Counted from the first letter of the stretch, positions 9,819 to 20,217 are shown. The stretch: 64,000 nucleotides of DNA from Calditrichaceae bacterium (GCA_050173015.1 JBFXLE010000003.1:96001-160000); one strand, 5' to 3'. Made by a program: numbers and translations. Notes: generated by a model not told the origin, from the letters alone.

Positions 9819-11179
9819 GACTCACTCCCTAATAACATTTTTACATTTTCCACATTTAATGTCCCAGCGGTAGAATGATAATCCAGGATGGCCATCAATT
9901 CCGCGTATATCAATTCTTTTTCCTGCATTTGTAAATCCAATAATTCTGTTTCCTGTGTCAGCAGTTCGCTGAGCGAGATCCTGCCGGTTTCATAAATTTT
10001 TCTTTGAGCAGTAACGGATGTCAGCTTATGCTCAACCGCTTTTGTTAAATATTGTCTTCTTACTTTCGCGCTTTTCCAACGGTCATAGGCAATTTTTAAC
10101 AATGCGGTTTGGGTCTGTTGAGCCGCTTTCAAATTTTCTTTTGCCGAAACCGTATATGCTTTTGCCGATTTTACCTTTGCAATTCTGCTGCCGCCCTCAA
10201 AAAGAGGCACACTCAGCGTGACACCGGCTACCCATTCGTCCGAAATATCAATTTCCGAGGGCGAAAAGTAGTTATACGCCGCAAACCCGCCTATCTCCGG
10301 AAGAAAACTTCTTTTGGAGAGTGAAAGCATGGCCTCAGATTTACCCAACTGAGCATGCGCGCGACGTACTTCAGGACCGGCATAATCGGAATAAATTAAA
10401 CTGGTATCCGGTAAGAGCGATGCCAAAGCATCATTTTCCGATGAATGGCTTTTCATATCCGTGAGAAAAGGCTGAACCGGATCATGTCCGCCAACAAGCT
10501 GGCCCAGATTGACATTCAGTTCGTATCCCTTCGACTCGATTTCAAGGCTATCAGCCTGAACAGATTCCAGGGAAGCCTGTAACAGAGCGATATCAGAATA
10601 TGAAACCCTGCCCTCGTCAAGAAGCAGCTTAAATTCATTGTATCTTTGTCTCAATATCCCCAGATGAGCGCCAACCAGATCTTCTTTGTCATTTAATTCC
10701 TGGGCGCTGATATATACACTGGCAACACTGTGAATGATGTTCAGTCTAACCGACTCTTCATTGATATCCCGTTCCCGGGCTCCTGCCCTGGCGGCATTTG
10801 TTTCGGCTAATGTTCTTCCTCCGCTGAATAAGGACATGGACAATTCAACAGATGCTTTATATATTTCATCATCCAGTTCCGGAAATCGGCCGGCCTCATG
10901 AATCGGTGTAACGGTGCTCGGTTTTTCATAGTGGGTATATCCCGCGTTCGCCCTCAGTTTCGGCAAAAATCCGCTTTTCGCGTCCCAAACATCCGCGCGC
11001 GCCGCCCTGCTCATCCCTTTCGCAGAGCCATAATAAGGATTCTGTTCCAGCGCCTGATCCAGCGCTGTGGATAGATTCATTCCATTCGGGGTGTCGGATG
11101 CGCTCAGCGCACCGGTAGAAGCAAAAATAATTGCAGCTCCCGCAATCACTGTTCTAATCGTTCGATTCTTCCGTACCAT
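9815..11179 (-). CDS. TolC family outer-membrane efflux protein
   Basis: Signal peptide, LSTALDQALEQNP, duplicated OEP repeats (FLPKL..., FLPEI..., LSVPLFEGG). Confidence 0.9.
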   Translation of the reverse strand: MVRKNRTIRTVIAGAAIIFASTGALSASDTPNGMNLSTALDQALEQNPYYGSAKGMSRAARADVWDAKSGFLPKLRANAGYTHYEKPSTVTPIHEAGRFPELDDEIYKASVELSMSLFSGGRTLAETNAARAGARERDINEESVRLNIIHSVASVYISAQELNDKEDLVGAHLGILRQRYNEFKLLLDEGRVSYSDIALLQASLESVQADSLEIESKGYELNVNLGQLVGGHDPVQPFLTDMKSHSSENDALASLLPDTSLIYSDYAGPEVRRAHAQLGKSEAMLSLSKRSFLPEIGGFAAYNYFSPSEIDISDEWVAGVTLSVPLFEGGSRIAKVKSAKAYTVSAKENLKAAQQTQTALLKIAYDRWKSAKVRRQYLTKAVEHKLTSVTAQRKIYETGRISLSELLTQETELLDLQMQEKELIYAELMAILDYHSTAGTLNVENVKMLLGSES

Positions 11180-11231
11180 ATTACCCTCTAATCGTTTATA
11201 TTTTTAATCTGAAATGATTGATAAAATTTAT

Positions 11232-11281
11232 ATTAGTTATCGTTCACTAACAAATATATAATAGATGTTTTCATTTGTCAA
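11232..11281 (-). promoter_or_regulatory. sigma70-type promoter with adjacent TetR-like operator for the TolC-MFP-RND operon
   Basis: Minus strand TTGACA (11281-11276), 17-bp spacer, TATATT (11258-11253), immediately followed by the palindrome GTTAGTGAACGATAACTAAT (11251-11232). Confidence 0.65.
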
Positions 11282-11747
11282 TACCCCTTTCTAATTTTTT
11301 TAACAAATTAATTATTATAACAATTGGTTTAATAAAAAAATAAAAGAAATTCTAATTTGTAATTCTATATATTTCAATATCTTATAACATATTTATCTAA
11401 ATTTAGTCCAGGTAAAATACTCCATCGACGAGATGCGGCCGAAACTGGCTTAACGCATTTTAAAAACCGGAAAATATCAATGCGATTTTTTTTACATATA
11501 AATAGCTACAACCTTGTAGAATATAGGGTATTCAGTTGAAATATACAATCCGGTTTTTAATATATTTTCGGGTAATCTTTTTCTGTAATGATATTTTATT
11601 TTACGGAACATGATCATATGATTAATAAAATGAGAAGTACCGATTATTATTTTTAGTTTATACTACTTTTGATTAAATTATGATTTTTTATTAATCGTTC
11701 AGGCTCCGGGGCCGATTTGATCATGCCGGAGGTAAGAAGAGGGACAA

Positions 11748-12926
11748 ATGAGCGAGAACAGCCCGGAAACACATTATTCTCATCTTTTTTTTAATAAAAA
11801 TCTCCAGGTCATTTATTCAGTTACCCTGATCGCCGTGATGGGTGTCGCCAGCATCACTCCGGCCTTTCCCAGGATAATCGGGTATTTTAATATCTCTTCC
11901 CACCAGATCGGATTACTAATAACCGTTTTTACCTTCCCCGGAATTATTCTTGCCCCTGTTTTTGGTATTTTAGCGGACCGGCTGGGCAGAAAAAAAATAC
12001 TCATCCCGTCTCTTTTTTTGTTTGGGATCTCCGGATTTAGCTGCGCTTTTATCAGTGATTTTAATTTGCTCCTTCTAATGAGAACAATTCAGGGAATGGG
12101 AGCCGCGTCTCTTGGCGCACTCAATGTTACACTTATTGGTGATTTATTTACGGGAAAAGACCGGTCTGCGGCGATGGGCTATAACGCCAGTGTTCTTAGC
12201 ATCGGTACAGCGTCATATCCGGCAATCGGAGGAGCGTTGGCCCTGTTTGGATGGAATTATCCTTTCATCCTTCCGGTTCTCGCGATTCCCGTTGGACTGC
12301 TTGTGATATTTGGTCTAAATAATCCCGAACCAAAACGATCCCAATCGTTTAATGATTATTTGTCCAGTATTCTTAAGAGCGTAAGAAAGAAGCAGGTCCT
12401 GATCTTGTTTATACTTAGTATTATCACATTTATTCTGATTTATGGATCGTACCTGACCTATTATCCGCTTCTGATATCTTTTAAATTTAAAGCATCTTCT
12501 CTTGTTATCGGAATTATTATGTCCGTAATGTCTGTCAGTACAGCCCTTACATCGTCTCAACTCGGTAAACTCACAAAAAAATATTCTGAAAAACATCTTA
12601 TAAAAGTGGCTTTCATCCTGTATACTCTGGCACTTTTTTCTATCCCGTATCTATCGAATATATATCTGTTATTAATACCTACTATCATATTTGGCATCGC
12701 GCAGGGTTTAAATCTGCCCGGCATTCAGACATTACTTGCCGGTCTGGCCCCTATTGAGCACCGCGCCGCGTTTATGTCCATTAACGGCATGGTCCTTCGC
12801 CTCGGTCAGACAATCGGTCCTCTTTTGATCGGCGTTTTTTTTAGCATTTGGGGTATCGATGCAGCCTATTTTAGCGGAGCGGGACTGGCATTTATCACCT
12901 TTATTTTGACAATATTTCTGCTATAA
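11748..12926 (+). CDS. MFS transporter (DHA1-like)
   Basis: About 12 hydrophobic segments; motif A FGILADRLGRKKIL; RTIQGMG. Confidence 0.92.
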   Translation: MSENSPETHYSHLFFNKNLQVIYSVTLIAVMGVASITPAFPRIIGYFNISSHQIGLLITVFTFPGIILAPVFGILADRLGRKKILIPSLFLFGISGFSCAFISDFNLLLLMRTIQGMGAASLGALNVTLIGDLFTGKDRSAAMGYNASVLSIGTASYPAIGGALALFGWNYPFILPVLAIPVGLLVIFGLNNPEPKRSQSFNDYLSSILKSVRKKQVLILFILSIITFILIYGSYLTYYPLLISFKFKASSLVIGIIMSVMSVSTALTSSQLGKLTKKYSEKHLIKVAFILYTLALFSIPYLSNIYLLLIPTIIFGIAQGLNLPGIQTLLAGLAPIEHRAAFMSINGMVLRLGQTIGPLLIGVFFSIWGIDAAYFSGAGLAFITFILTIFLL

Positions 12927-13331
12927 TTGGTTTCTTCAACTAAATTCAAGATGATAATATCATACACATATCTACTTAACGATTCCCCAAAAAATAATTT
13001 TTCGAAAACCGGCTTTTTTTTATAAAAACCTGATGATTTGTCAAAAATATACTTAAATTGTGTATCGAATCCCGGAAATTGAAAACGAGTAAATATTCCA
13101 GGTTAAAATATAGTTTGAAGGTATGTTCAAATAGAGCATCATTCAATAAGTAAGGGAATGCCCGGGGAATTTGAAAAGAATCGGACATCCGGATACGCTC
13201 AACAACCGTTAAGCGCATTTTTCCGATCGACATAACGACATGTTCATCATAAATTTATTACCGGACAGAGCACAATTTTACCGGAATAGCAAAATCAGAT
13301 TTTTTGACAAGTATCTTCCCGGAGGTCTTTA

Positions 13332-16300
13332 ATGGCGACTGCAAGAAAATTCGGCACTTTTGGAGGTGTTTTTACACCTTCTATCCTGACTATTCTCGGT
13401 GTGATCATGTACCTTCGCCTCCCCTGGATACTTGGACAGGCAGGACTTTATACAACTCTCGGAATCATTCTGATTGCTCATCTTATCTCGGTAACAACAG
13501 GCTTAAGCATTTCTTCAATTGCCACTGATAAAAAGGTAAAGGCAGGAGGAAATTACTATCTCTTGTCGCGCAGTCTTGGGCTGCCGATCGGAGGAACGCT
13601 TGGTATCGCCCTGTTTGTCGGACTTTCATTGAGCGTTAGTTTATACATTATCGGATTCTCAGAAAGTTTTCTTGGTTTTATAGGTATCGAAGTTACAAAG
13701 AATACAATAAGAATAGCCGGCACCATCGCGCTTGTCAGCATTACAGTGATTACCTTAATAAGCACCTCCCTGGCAATCAAAACACAGTATATCATCATGA
13801 CCGCGATGGTGCTTTCGCTTATATCGATATTTTTTGGCGGCACTTCTTCGGAGCCGGCTCAACCTGTTCTTAAATCACTCGAAACCAGCGCCCCTCTAAT
13901 GGTACTTTTCGGCATCTTCTTTCCTGCCGTAACCGGATTTGAAGCGGGTGTTTCAATGTCAGGTGATCTGAAAGATCCTAAAAAATCAATACCGGGCGGA
14001 ACAATCACAGCCGTAGTAACAGGTCTTACTGTTTACATAATTTTGACCATCTTTCTTGCCTACCGCGTAGATGCTGAATCACTTGTGAATAATCCCAATA
14101 TCCTTCTTGACATATCATTCTTCTCCCCTCTCGTGCTTGCGGGTATCTGGGGAGCGACTATTTCATCGGCCCTCGGAAGCATCCTTGGCGCGCCCCGCAT
14201 TCTTCAGGCGACATCGGTTGACAGAATCACGCCAAAGTTTTTCGAGAAGGGCTATGGGAAGGAAAACGAACCGCGAAACGCGCTCTTACTCACATTTATT
14301 TTAGCTGAAGCGGGCATCCTTTTGGGTGAACTGAATCTAATAGCAAGAATTGTTTCCATGTTTTTCATCACCACCTATGGCTTTTTAAACTTGAGCTGCG
14401 CGATTGAAAACTGGGCCAGTAGTGACTTTCGGCCTTCATTTAAAGTACCTACCTGGATAAGTGTGATCGGTTCAGTTGCCGCTTTTTTTGTAATGATAGA
14501 GCTGGATGTAATGGCTCTTGTCGTCGCATCGCTTATCCTGGGTATAATATTTATAGCGCTAAAAAGGAGAGAACTTACTCTTGAATCCGGTGATACCTGG
14601 GAGGGAGTCTGGTCATCAATGGTTCGAACCGGTCTTCAAAAACTCAACCGCTCCGACCGTCACGCGAGAAACTGGCGCCCGAATATCATTTTATTCAGTG
14701 GCGGTACCGGCACTCGTCCGCATCTGGTGGAATTTGGACAATGGCTGGTTCATAAACGCGGGATTCTCTCAAATTTTGATCTTGTCGAGAACCCCGGGGC
14801 AAAAGCGTTATTCCCGGAAATGGGACATGATATAAAAGACAGCGAGGGAGAATTCTCCGGAGTTTTCAAAAGACGTATCGAATGTCAAAATATTTACGAA
14901 GGTATAGAAACCATTTCAAAAATTTACGGATTTTCCGGCATTGATCCAAATTCTATCATGATGGGCTGGGCCCGGAATTCAAAAAGCCCGGGTAAATTTG
15001 CTGAATTGATAAACGAATTCAACACGCTTGATTATAATGTACTCATTCTTGATTATGATAAGGAAATCGGCTTCGGGAAAAAACAAAACATCGATATCTG
15101 GTGGCGTGGAGGAAGCAATAACGCCGCGCTTGCTATGACGATGGCAAAATTCCTGCTTTCAGCGGAAGAATGGCATGACGCGCGTGTCAGAATTTTAATT
15201 GTAGTCAATGACAGCGCTCTGATTAACAAAGTATATAAAAACATGAATTTAATTTTAGAAGAACAGCGTTTGGACGCCAGGGTAAAAGTCATAAATAACG
15301 CTATCGAAAAACGAAAGTTTGAAGAAATTATCAAGGTGGAATCAGTCGATGCTGATTTATCGATTCTTGGAATCCCCGGTTTAGATGACAAAAATATTGA
15401 AGATTTTGTTACGGTTACCAATTCACTTTTGGATACTGTTGGAACAGTGCTCCTTATTCAGGCGGCCTCATTTTTTAAACCACTGTTCATCGGTATCGAA
15501 AAGACAGGTCCCGAGACTCAGAATCTTGAACTCTCTGTAGGAGAGAAATATAATTTACCCGATCTTAACCTCCCGGAAAGCGGAATTCTTTCGAAAACAG
15601 TGTCCGGTTTATCAGATCAGATCGAAAAAGAAATCCATGAATTTTTCAGCGCTTTTTTTAAAGATTTTTCGGATTCCGAGATCGGGTTCCTTACCAAACT
15701 TAATAATTTTATTGAACGGTATTTTGACAGTCTGGAAAATGCATTTACCGACAATAAACCCCTTCGTTTTCAAAAACTATTAATGCGGGTTCAAAGCGAT
15801 TATTTATTTCATTCCCGGCGCCTTCTGGATGAATTCAAATCAGAAATTCCGACGGAGCAAAAAGAGAATATTGAACAGGGACTTGATCTTTTTCTCAAAC
15901 AATTAGACACGTTGGCTGAAAACGTTTCATCAAGAGTTGGTGTTACTTTTGAGCCGTTTGAACTAAACGCTTCCGCGGATGATTCATTTCAAATCCGGAT
16001 GATGAAAATGAAAAAACGAATCATCTACCGTTTATCAAAAAAACCAATTGTCTTAAACATTGATTTAAAATTACTTGTAGAATATCATATTTTAACTGTT
16101 TTCCTAAAAAAATTATATTCTCAGCTTGATAAGACGGGAATTGAAAGATACCGCCGCATATCTGATTTACAAAAACTTTTCAACCGGATCAGGGATTCTA
16201 TAAACACGATGGAGGAAATGGCAAACAACAGGCAATTGGATGTGAATTTTATAAAAGACGAAAAGGCAAAAATATTAAAACAAGTAAAGAATTTAATAGC

Positions 16301-18473
16301 TCGGTCAGAGCAGCAATTCAGTGATTTCAGAATGGAGCTGCTGCTTCAAAATCGTGTTATCATGCAGAATATTATTTCCAGTTCAATTACAATAGACGCG
16401 GGCCGGCGTCTTAAAAAAAGATTTAAAATATCAAAATCCGATCTAAAAATAAAAGAACAAATTCTTGAGGTTCCGGCATCTTTATCAAAAAATACGGAAT
16501 TGGTGGTAAACTTTGCGTTGATGGATTTGATTTTGATGGCTTTACAGTACAGATTCAGGATAATCGTTACAAAACAGATTACTGAAATTCGGGCATCTGT
16601 GGAAAACAGACTTATAAGTAGTCTGTCAGAGCTCGAATCGGATATTAAAAACATCAAAAGCAATAAGGAACCAGAAACCGGATCTTTGATATCATGGTCA
16701 CTCGATCCGGAAGAAATTATTGATAACAGATCTGTTATTGATGAATTGGTTTCAGATATCAGAAGCGCGATCGATGAAATCCCTGAGACCGTAGATATCA
16801 TCGCCGAAAACTCCTTTCAGAATATCGAAATCAATCAATTCGATGAAACCGAAGTGGTTTCGATTTACCTGCAGCGTCTTATGGATTACCTGGTTGAGAA
16901 AGATTTTCTAACGCCGTTTAGAAAAGAGATATCATCACTTCCGATCGAATTCAGGCAGGCTGTTGGCACCGCCAGGGATGTCGTCCGTCTCATTTCTTTT
17001 AATATCTCATCATCCGGTACATCAGAGGAAACCGGAATTGATGATCTGCATGACCCCATTGAAACGATCATTGAAAAAAGTATTCAAAGAATAATCAGCG
17101 AGAGAGAGAAAATATCAAAAGATATTCAAAAAATGGAAGATTCATTATGGGGGCATTTAAACAAAACCTTTTCATCCATGAATCCTTATCTCGTCACACG
17201 TGAGATCGGGCATCTGGGTCAGTATATCAGACAGGAAGAAAGCCGGAAAGTCTTGTCCCAGGTTCAGGCCGTGAGGGAAACTGTAAAGAAGACTTTCAGA
17301 GACACTCTGATCCGGATGCTTTACAGTCAAAGCGAAGGGGTTCTGTTCGCGCGGAAGTTTACGGAGAAAGAATTCGCATATCCCGGGAGCATCAGCACAG
17401 TGATAAATATTGTTGAAAAAGTATCACCGCCCCCCGCAGTCATCAAATCGCTTCCTTTTTACTATAAACAATTATTTGTCGGCAAACATTTTATCGGACG
17501 TGAGTTCAGAATAAACCGCCACACGGAGATGAAAACCGCGGAGAAGGCGGTGAGCAGATATAAACAGGGGTTCAGCGGAGGCATTCTCATAACAGGAGAG
17601 CCGGACGCCGGAAAGTCGAGTCTGTCTAACGCAATCGCCACAAAATTTTTCGCTCACGAGAAAGTATTCCACATCTTTCCGCCGGAAACAGGCAGCATCG
17701 CTCCGGATGTCTTCACCACTCACCTGAACAGAATTTTACAAACTCAAGGCGAACCGGCTGAAATTTTTGATACCATGCCCGCGGGCAATGTATTTATTTT
17801 TAATGATCTCGAATTATGGTGGGAACGCAGTAGCAACGGATTTGTATTGGTTGATCAGATCATGAATCTGATTGATAAATTCGGCAGGAGACACTTATTT
17901 ATAGTGAATACAAATACTTACAGTCTTCGTTTTATTAACAAAATAAAACAGATTGATAATCATTTTATCAGCATTATCGAATGCACTCCTTTTGACACGG
18001 AGGATATTAAAGAAGCACTTCTCATGCGTCACCGGTCAACGGGATTCAAATTTCAACTAAACAACCACTTTGAAGACAATATTTCTGAATTCAAACTGGT
18101 GCGTTATTTTAACAAATTATTCGATTATTCCAATGGCAATATAGGCACCGCGCTACAGGGCTGGTTCAGTCATATCGACAGCGTTGCCGGTAATATACTT
18201 ACCCTTCGCGATCCGGAGCGTCCGGATTCAGACGCATTTAACAAACTTGATCCGGAATGGCTGGTATGGCTTATTCAATTTATTATTCATAAACGGCTGA
18301 CCATTGAGAAGCTGGTAAGAATTTTTAACACCGATCCGGAAAAAGTCCGGACTAAAATCGAACTTTTTAAACGTTCAGGTTTAGTTACGGAGATTCAGAC
18401 GAATCAGCTCGAGCTCAATCAGTATCTCCAACCGTTTATAATTCGACAATTTATAGAAATGGAGATTTTATGA
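13332..18473 (+). CDS. Cation-chloride cotransporter (SLC12/CCC, APC superfamily) fused to helical region and C-terminal P-loop NTPase/wHTH domain
   Basis: CCC motifs KFGTFGGVFTPSILTILGVIMYLR, AGGNYYLLSRSLG, FGIFFPAVTGFEAGVSMSGDLKDPKKSIP, GAPRILQA, RNWRPNI (~aa 446), IDIWWRG (~aa 587). Walker A GEPDAGKS at aa 1422-1429 (nt 17595-17618); Walker B-like VFIFNDLE. Confidence 0.88.
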   Translation: MATARKFGTFGGVFTPSILTILGVIMYLRLPWILGQAGLYTTLGIILIAHLISVTTGLSISSIATDKKVKAGGNYYLLSRSLGLPIGGTLGIALFVGLSLSVSLYIIGFSESFLGFIGIEVTKNTIRIAGTIALVSITVITLISTSLAIKTQYIIMTAMVLSLISIFFGGTSSEPAQPVLKSLETSAPLMVLFGIFFPAVTGFEAGVSMSGDLKDPKKSIPGGTITAVVTGLTVYIILTIFLAYRVDAESLVNNPNILLDISFFSPLVLAGIWGATISSALGSILGAPRILQATSVDRITPKFFEKGYGKENEPRNALLLTFILAEAGILLGELNLIARIVSMFFITTYGFLNLSCAIENWASSDFRPSFKVPTWISVIGSVAAFFVMIELDVMALVVASLILGIIFIALKRRELTLESGDTWEGVWSSMVRTGLQKLNRSDRHARNWRPNIILFSGGTGTRPHLVEFGQWLVHKRGILSNFDLVENPGAKALFPEMGHDIKDSEGEFSGVFKRRIECQNIYEGIETISKIYGFSGIDPNSIMMGWARNSKSPGKFAELINEFNTLDYNVLILDYDKEIGFGKKQNIDIWWRGGSNNAALAMTMAKFLLSAEEWHDARVRILIVVNDSALINKVYKNMNLILEEQRLDARVKVINNAIEKRKFEEIIKVESVDADLSILGIPGLDDKNIEDFVTVTNSLLDTVGTVLLIQAASFFKPLFIGIEKTGPETQNLELSVGEKYNLPDLNLPESGILSKTVSGLSDQIEKEIHEFFSAFFKDFSDSEIGFLTKLNNFIERYFDSLENAFTDNKPLRFQKLLMRVQSDYLFHSRRLLDEFKSEIPTEQKENIEQGLDLFLKQLDTLAENVSSRVGVTFEPFELNASADDSFQIRMMKMKKRIIYRLSKKPIVLNIDLKLLVEYHILTVFLKKLYSQLDKTGIERYRRISDLQKLFNRIRDSINTMEEMANNRQLDVNFIKDEKAKILKQVKNLIARSEQQFSDFRMELLLQNRVIMQNIISSSITIDAGRRLKKRFKISKSDLKIKEQILEVPASLSKNTELVVNFALMDLILMALQYRFRIIVTKQITEIRASVENRLISSLSELESDIKNIKSNKEPETGSLISWSLDPEEIIDNRSVIDELVSDIRSAIDEIPETVDIIAENSFQNIEINQFDETEVVSIYLQRLMDYLVEKDFLTPFRKEISSLPIEFRQAVGTARDVVRLISFNISSSGTSEETGIDDLHDPIETIIEKSIQRIISEREKISKDIQKMEDSLWGHLNKTFSSMNPYLVTREIGHLGQYIRQEESRKVLSQVQAVRETVKKTFRDTLIRMLYSQSEGVLFARKFTEKEFAYPGSISTVINIVEKVSPPPAVIKSLPFYYKQLFVGKHFIGREFRINRHTEMKTAEKAVSRYKQGFSGGILITGEPDAGKSSLSNAIATKFFAHEKVFHIFPPETGSIAPDVFTTHLNRILQTQGEPAEIFDTMPAGNVFIFNDLELWWERSSNGFVLVDQIMNLIDKFGRRHLFIVNTNTYSLRFINKIKQIDNHFISIIECTPFDTEDIKEALLMRHRSTGFKFQLNNHFEDNISEFKLVRYFNKLFDYSNGNIGTALQGWFSHIDSVAGNILTLRDPERPDSDAFNKLDPEWLVWLIQFIIHKRLTIEKLVRIFNTDPEKVRTKIELFKRSGLVTEIQTNQLELNQYLQPFIIRQFIEMEIL

Positions 18474-19228
18474 AACAGATATTTGAGCTACCGCTCTCTC
18501 AATTCGCCATCATAAAAGTTCTGATATTTGCTTTTGCTCTTTTTCTTATTATTAAACTGTTTGAGCGGATTGCAAAAGTTGTCTTTGTAAAGCGAATCTA
18601 CCGGTTATATTTTCAGCGGTACTACCCGATTCTGGAAACGGTTGTTTGGCTTCTTTTTGTCCTGTGGAGTATTGATCAGATTTTTAAGGACCGTTTATAT
18701 TACTCTGTTGCCCTTATTCTTATCATCCTGGTCACTCTTGTATGGATATCCTGGTTTGCGGTCCGGGATTTTATCGCGGGTATCATTTTTAAAGCGCAGG
18801 ATGTCTATGAAGCGGGACAATGGATTAAAATTTCTGAAATTGAGGGCCGTTTAAAAAGCATCGGATATCTATCACTGGAGATTGAAATCGAAAGCGGTGA
18901 AATTATAAAGTTTCCTTACAGTAAAATAACGGGTGTGATCCATTCAATAAGCGACCCTGAAGAACATTCCAATCATCACCGCTTCGAAATCGAACTAAAC
19001 CGGGCAAACAGCCTGAAAGAAAATGTTGAACTGCTTCGGCGGATCATATTAAATTCGCCCTGGACTTTATTGACAAAAGCTCCGCAAATACAGTTGCTCG
19101 AAGAAAACGAAAATCATTTTGTATTTGAAATATTTGTGTATTCTATCAGCAAGGAATTCTTCAGACACATTGAGAATGATGTAAAATCCTCGGCCGCGGA
19201 AGTCGGGTTGTCAGGGGTAAAAAATTGA
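18470..19228 (+). CDS. MscS-family mechanosensitive channel protein (small, divergent)
   Basis: Three TM segments followed by RDFIAGIIFK..YEAGQWIKISEIEGRLKSIGYLSLEIEIESGEIIKFPYSKI (MscS beta-domain); ATGA overlap with upstream gene. Confidence 0.75.
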   Translation: MKQIFELPLSQFAIIKVLIFAFALFLIIKLFERIAKVVFVKRIYRLYFQRYYPILETVVWLLFVLWSIDQIFKDRLYYSVALILIILVTLVWISWFAVRDFIAGIIFKAQDVYEAGQWIKISEIEGRLKSIGYLSLEIEIESGEIIKFPYSKITGVIHSISDPEEHSNHHRFEIELNRANSLKENVELLRRIILNSPWTLLTKAPQIQLLEENENHFVFEIFVYSISKEFFRHIENDVKSSAAEVGLSGVKN

Positions 19229-19278
19229 TTGCGGCCAGGTAAAATGTATGCCGGAAAAATTAAACACTCAGGAATAAA

Positions 19279-20217
19279 TTGAATTTTGTCAAGCACATTG
19301 AAAACAGCAATCAGATACAATACGACCTTTGCATTGCCTCTGACTGGACATATGACGAGGACTTCGTTTCCCTTTTGGAAACTTACGCCAGACAGAATAG
19401 CCTGTCTACCTATATTGTAAGACTTCATAATCTTGATGAAACAATTTCCCTGCTGAAGGGAAAGCGGTTGCATTTTCGGTATTTTTTTGACCGCGCTTCC
19501 GATACTTCTCCTGAATTTCTAAACTTACAGTACTTATTTTCAAAACAGGATTTACCCGTTTTTGAGACCAAGGCTCAGTTAGAATGGGCGTCAGATAAAT
19601 CGACAATGCATCTCGAGTTCATTTCAAATGGTCTAAATCTTCCCTACACTATTATACTGCCTTCATACAGAGAAACCGCGGACGTAAAATTGTCACTGAC
19701 TGATCTTACGAATCTCGGCAGACCGTTTATTATAAAACCGGCGAATACGACCGGCGGAGGTATCGGCGTGGTTAACGGAGCAGAGACTTTACAGGATGTC
19801 ATAGCGGCTCGACTGGAATTTGAATATGATAAATATCTTCTTCAGGAAAAAATTATCCCCGCGGATATTGACGGTAAAAGATTCTGGTTCAGAGGATTTT
19901 ATGCCTGCGGTGATATTTTCCTGTGTTGGTGGAATGATATTAGTCACCGTTATGAGATCATGAATCCGAATGATGAGGAAAAATATAATTTGCGAGCGAT
20001 GTATTCGATCATTGAAAAGATCGCGGAAATTTGTAAATTAAATCTGTTCTCAACCGAAATTGCCATGAATAATGAGGAAAAATTTATTATTGTGGATTAT
20101 GTGAATGAATCCTGCGATATGCGTCTTAAATCTAAACATTTTGACGGAGTACCTGATCTTATTGTTCATCAAATAGCAGAACGACTGACACAATTTATCG
20201 GAAATAAGCTGGCTTAG
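19279..20217 (+). CDS. Uncharacterised ATP-grasp fold protein
   Basis: ASDKSTMH, LPYTII, LGRPFIIKPANTTGGGIGV, YLLQEKI, FSTEIA..KFIIVDYVNE: ATP-grasp signature order. Confidence 0.75.
   Translation: MNFVKHIENSNQIQYDLCIASDWTYDEDFVSLLETYARQNSLSTYIVRLHNLDETISLLKGKRLHFRYFFDRASDTSPEFLNLQYLFSKQDLPVFETKAQLEWASDKSTMHLEFISNGLNLPYTIILPSYRETADVKLSLTDLTNLGRPFIIKPANTTGGGIGVVNGAETLQDVIAARLEFEYDKYLLQEKIIPADIDGKRFWFRGFYACGDIFLCWWNDISHRYEIMNPNDEEKYNLRAMYSIIEKIAEICKLNLFSTEIAMNNEEKFIIVDYVNESCDMRLKSKHFDGVPDLIVHQIAERLTQFIGNKLA

Noticed and set aside
11282-11747. Very AT-rich intergenic stretch (likewise 59913-60265) as a possible origin, repeat array or sRNA
   Set aside because: No regular repeats, DnaA-box cluster or stable structure visible; consistent with promoter regions.
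12927-13331. Long leader upstream of the CCC gene as a possible c-di-AMP (ydaO) riboswitch; also the 85-aa minus-strand ORF 12976-13233
   Set aside because: I could not find the ydaO conserved blocks, and the ORF has no recognisable motif or RBS. An Rfam scan would settle the riboswitch question.
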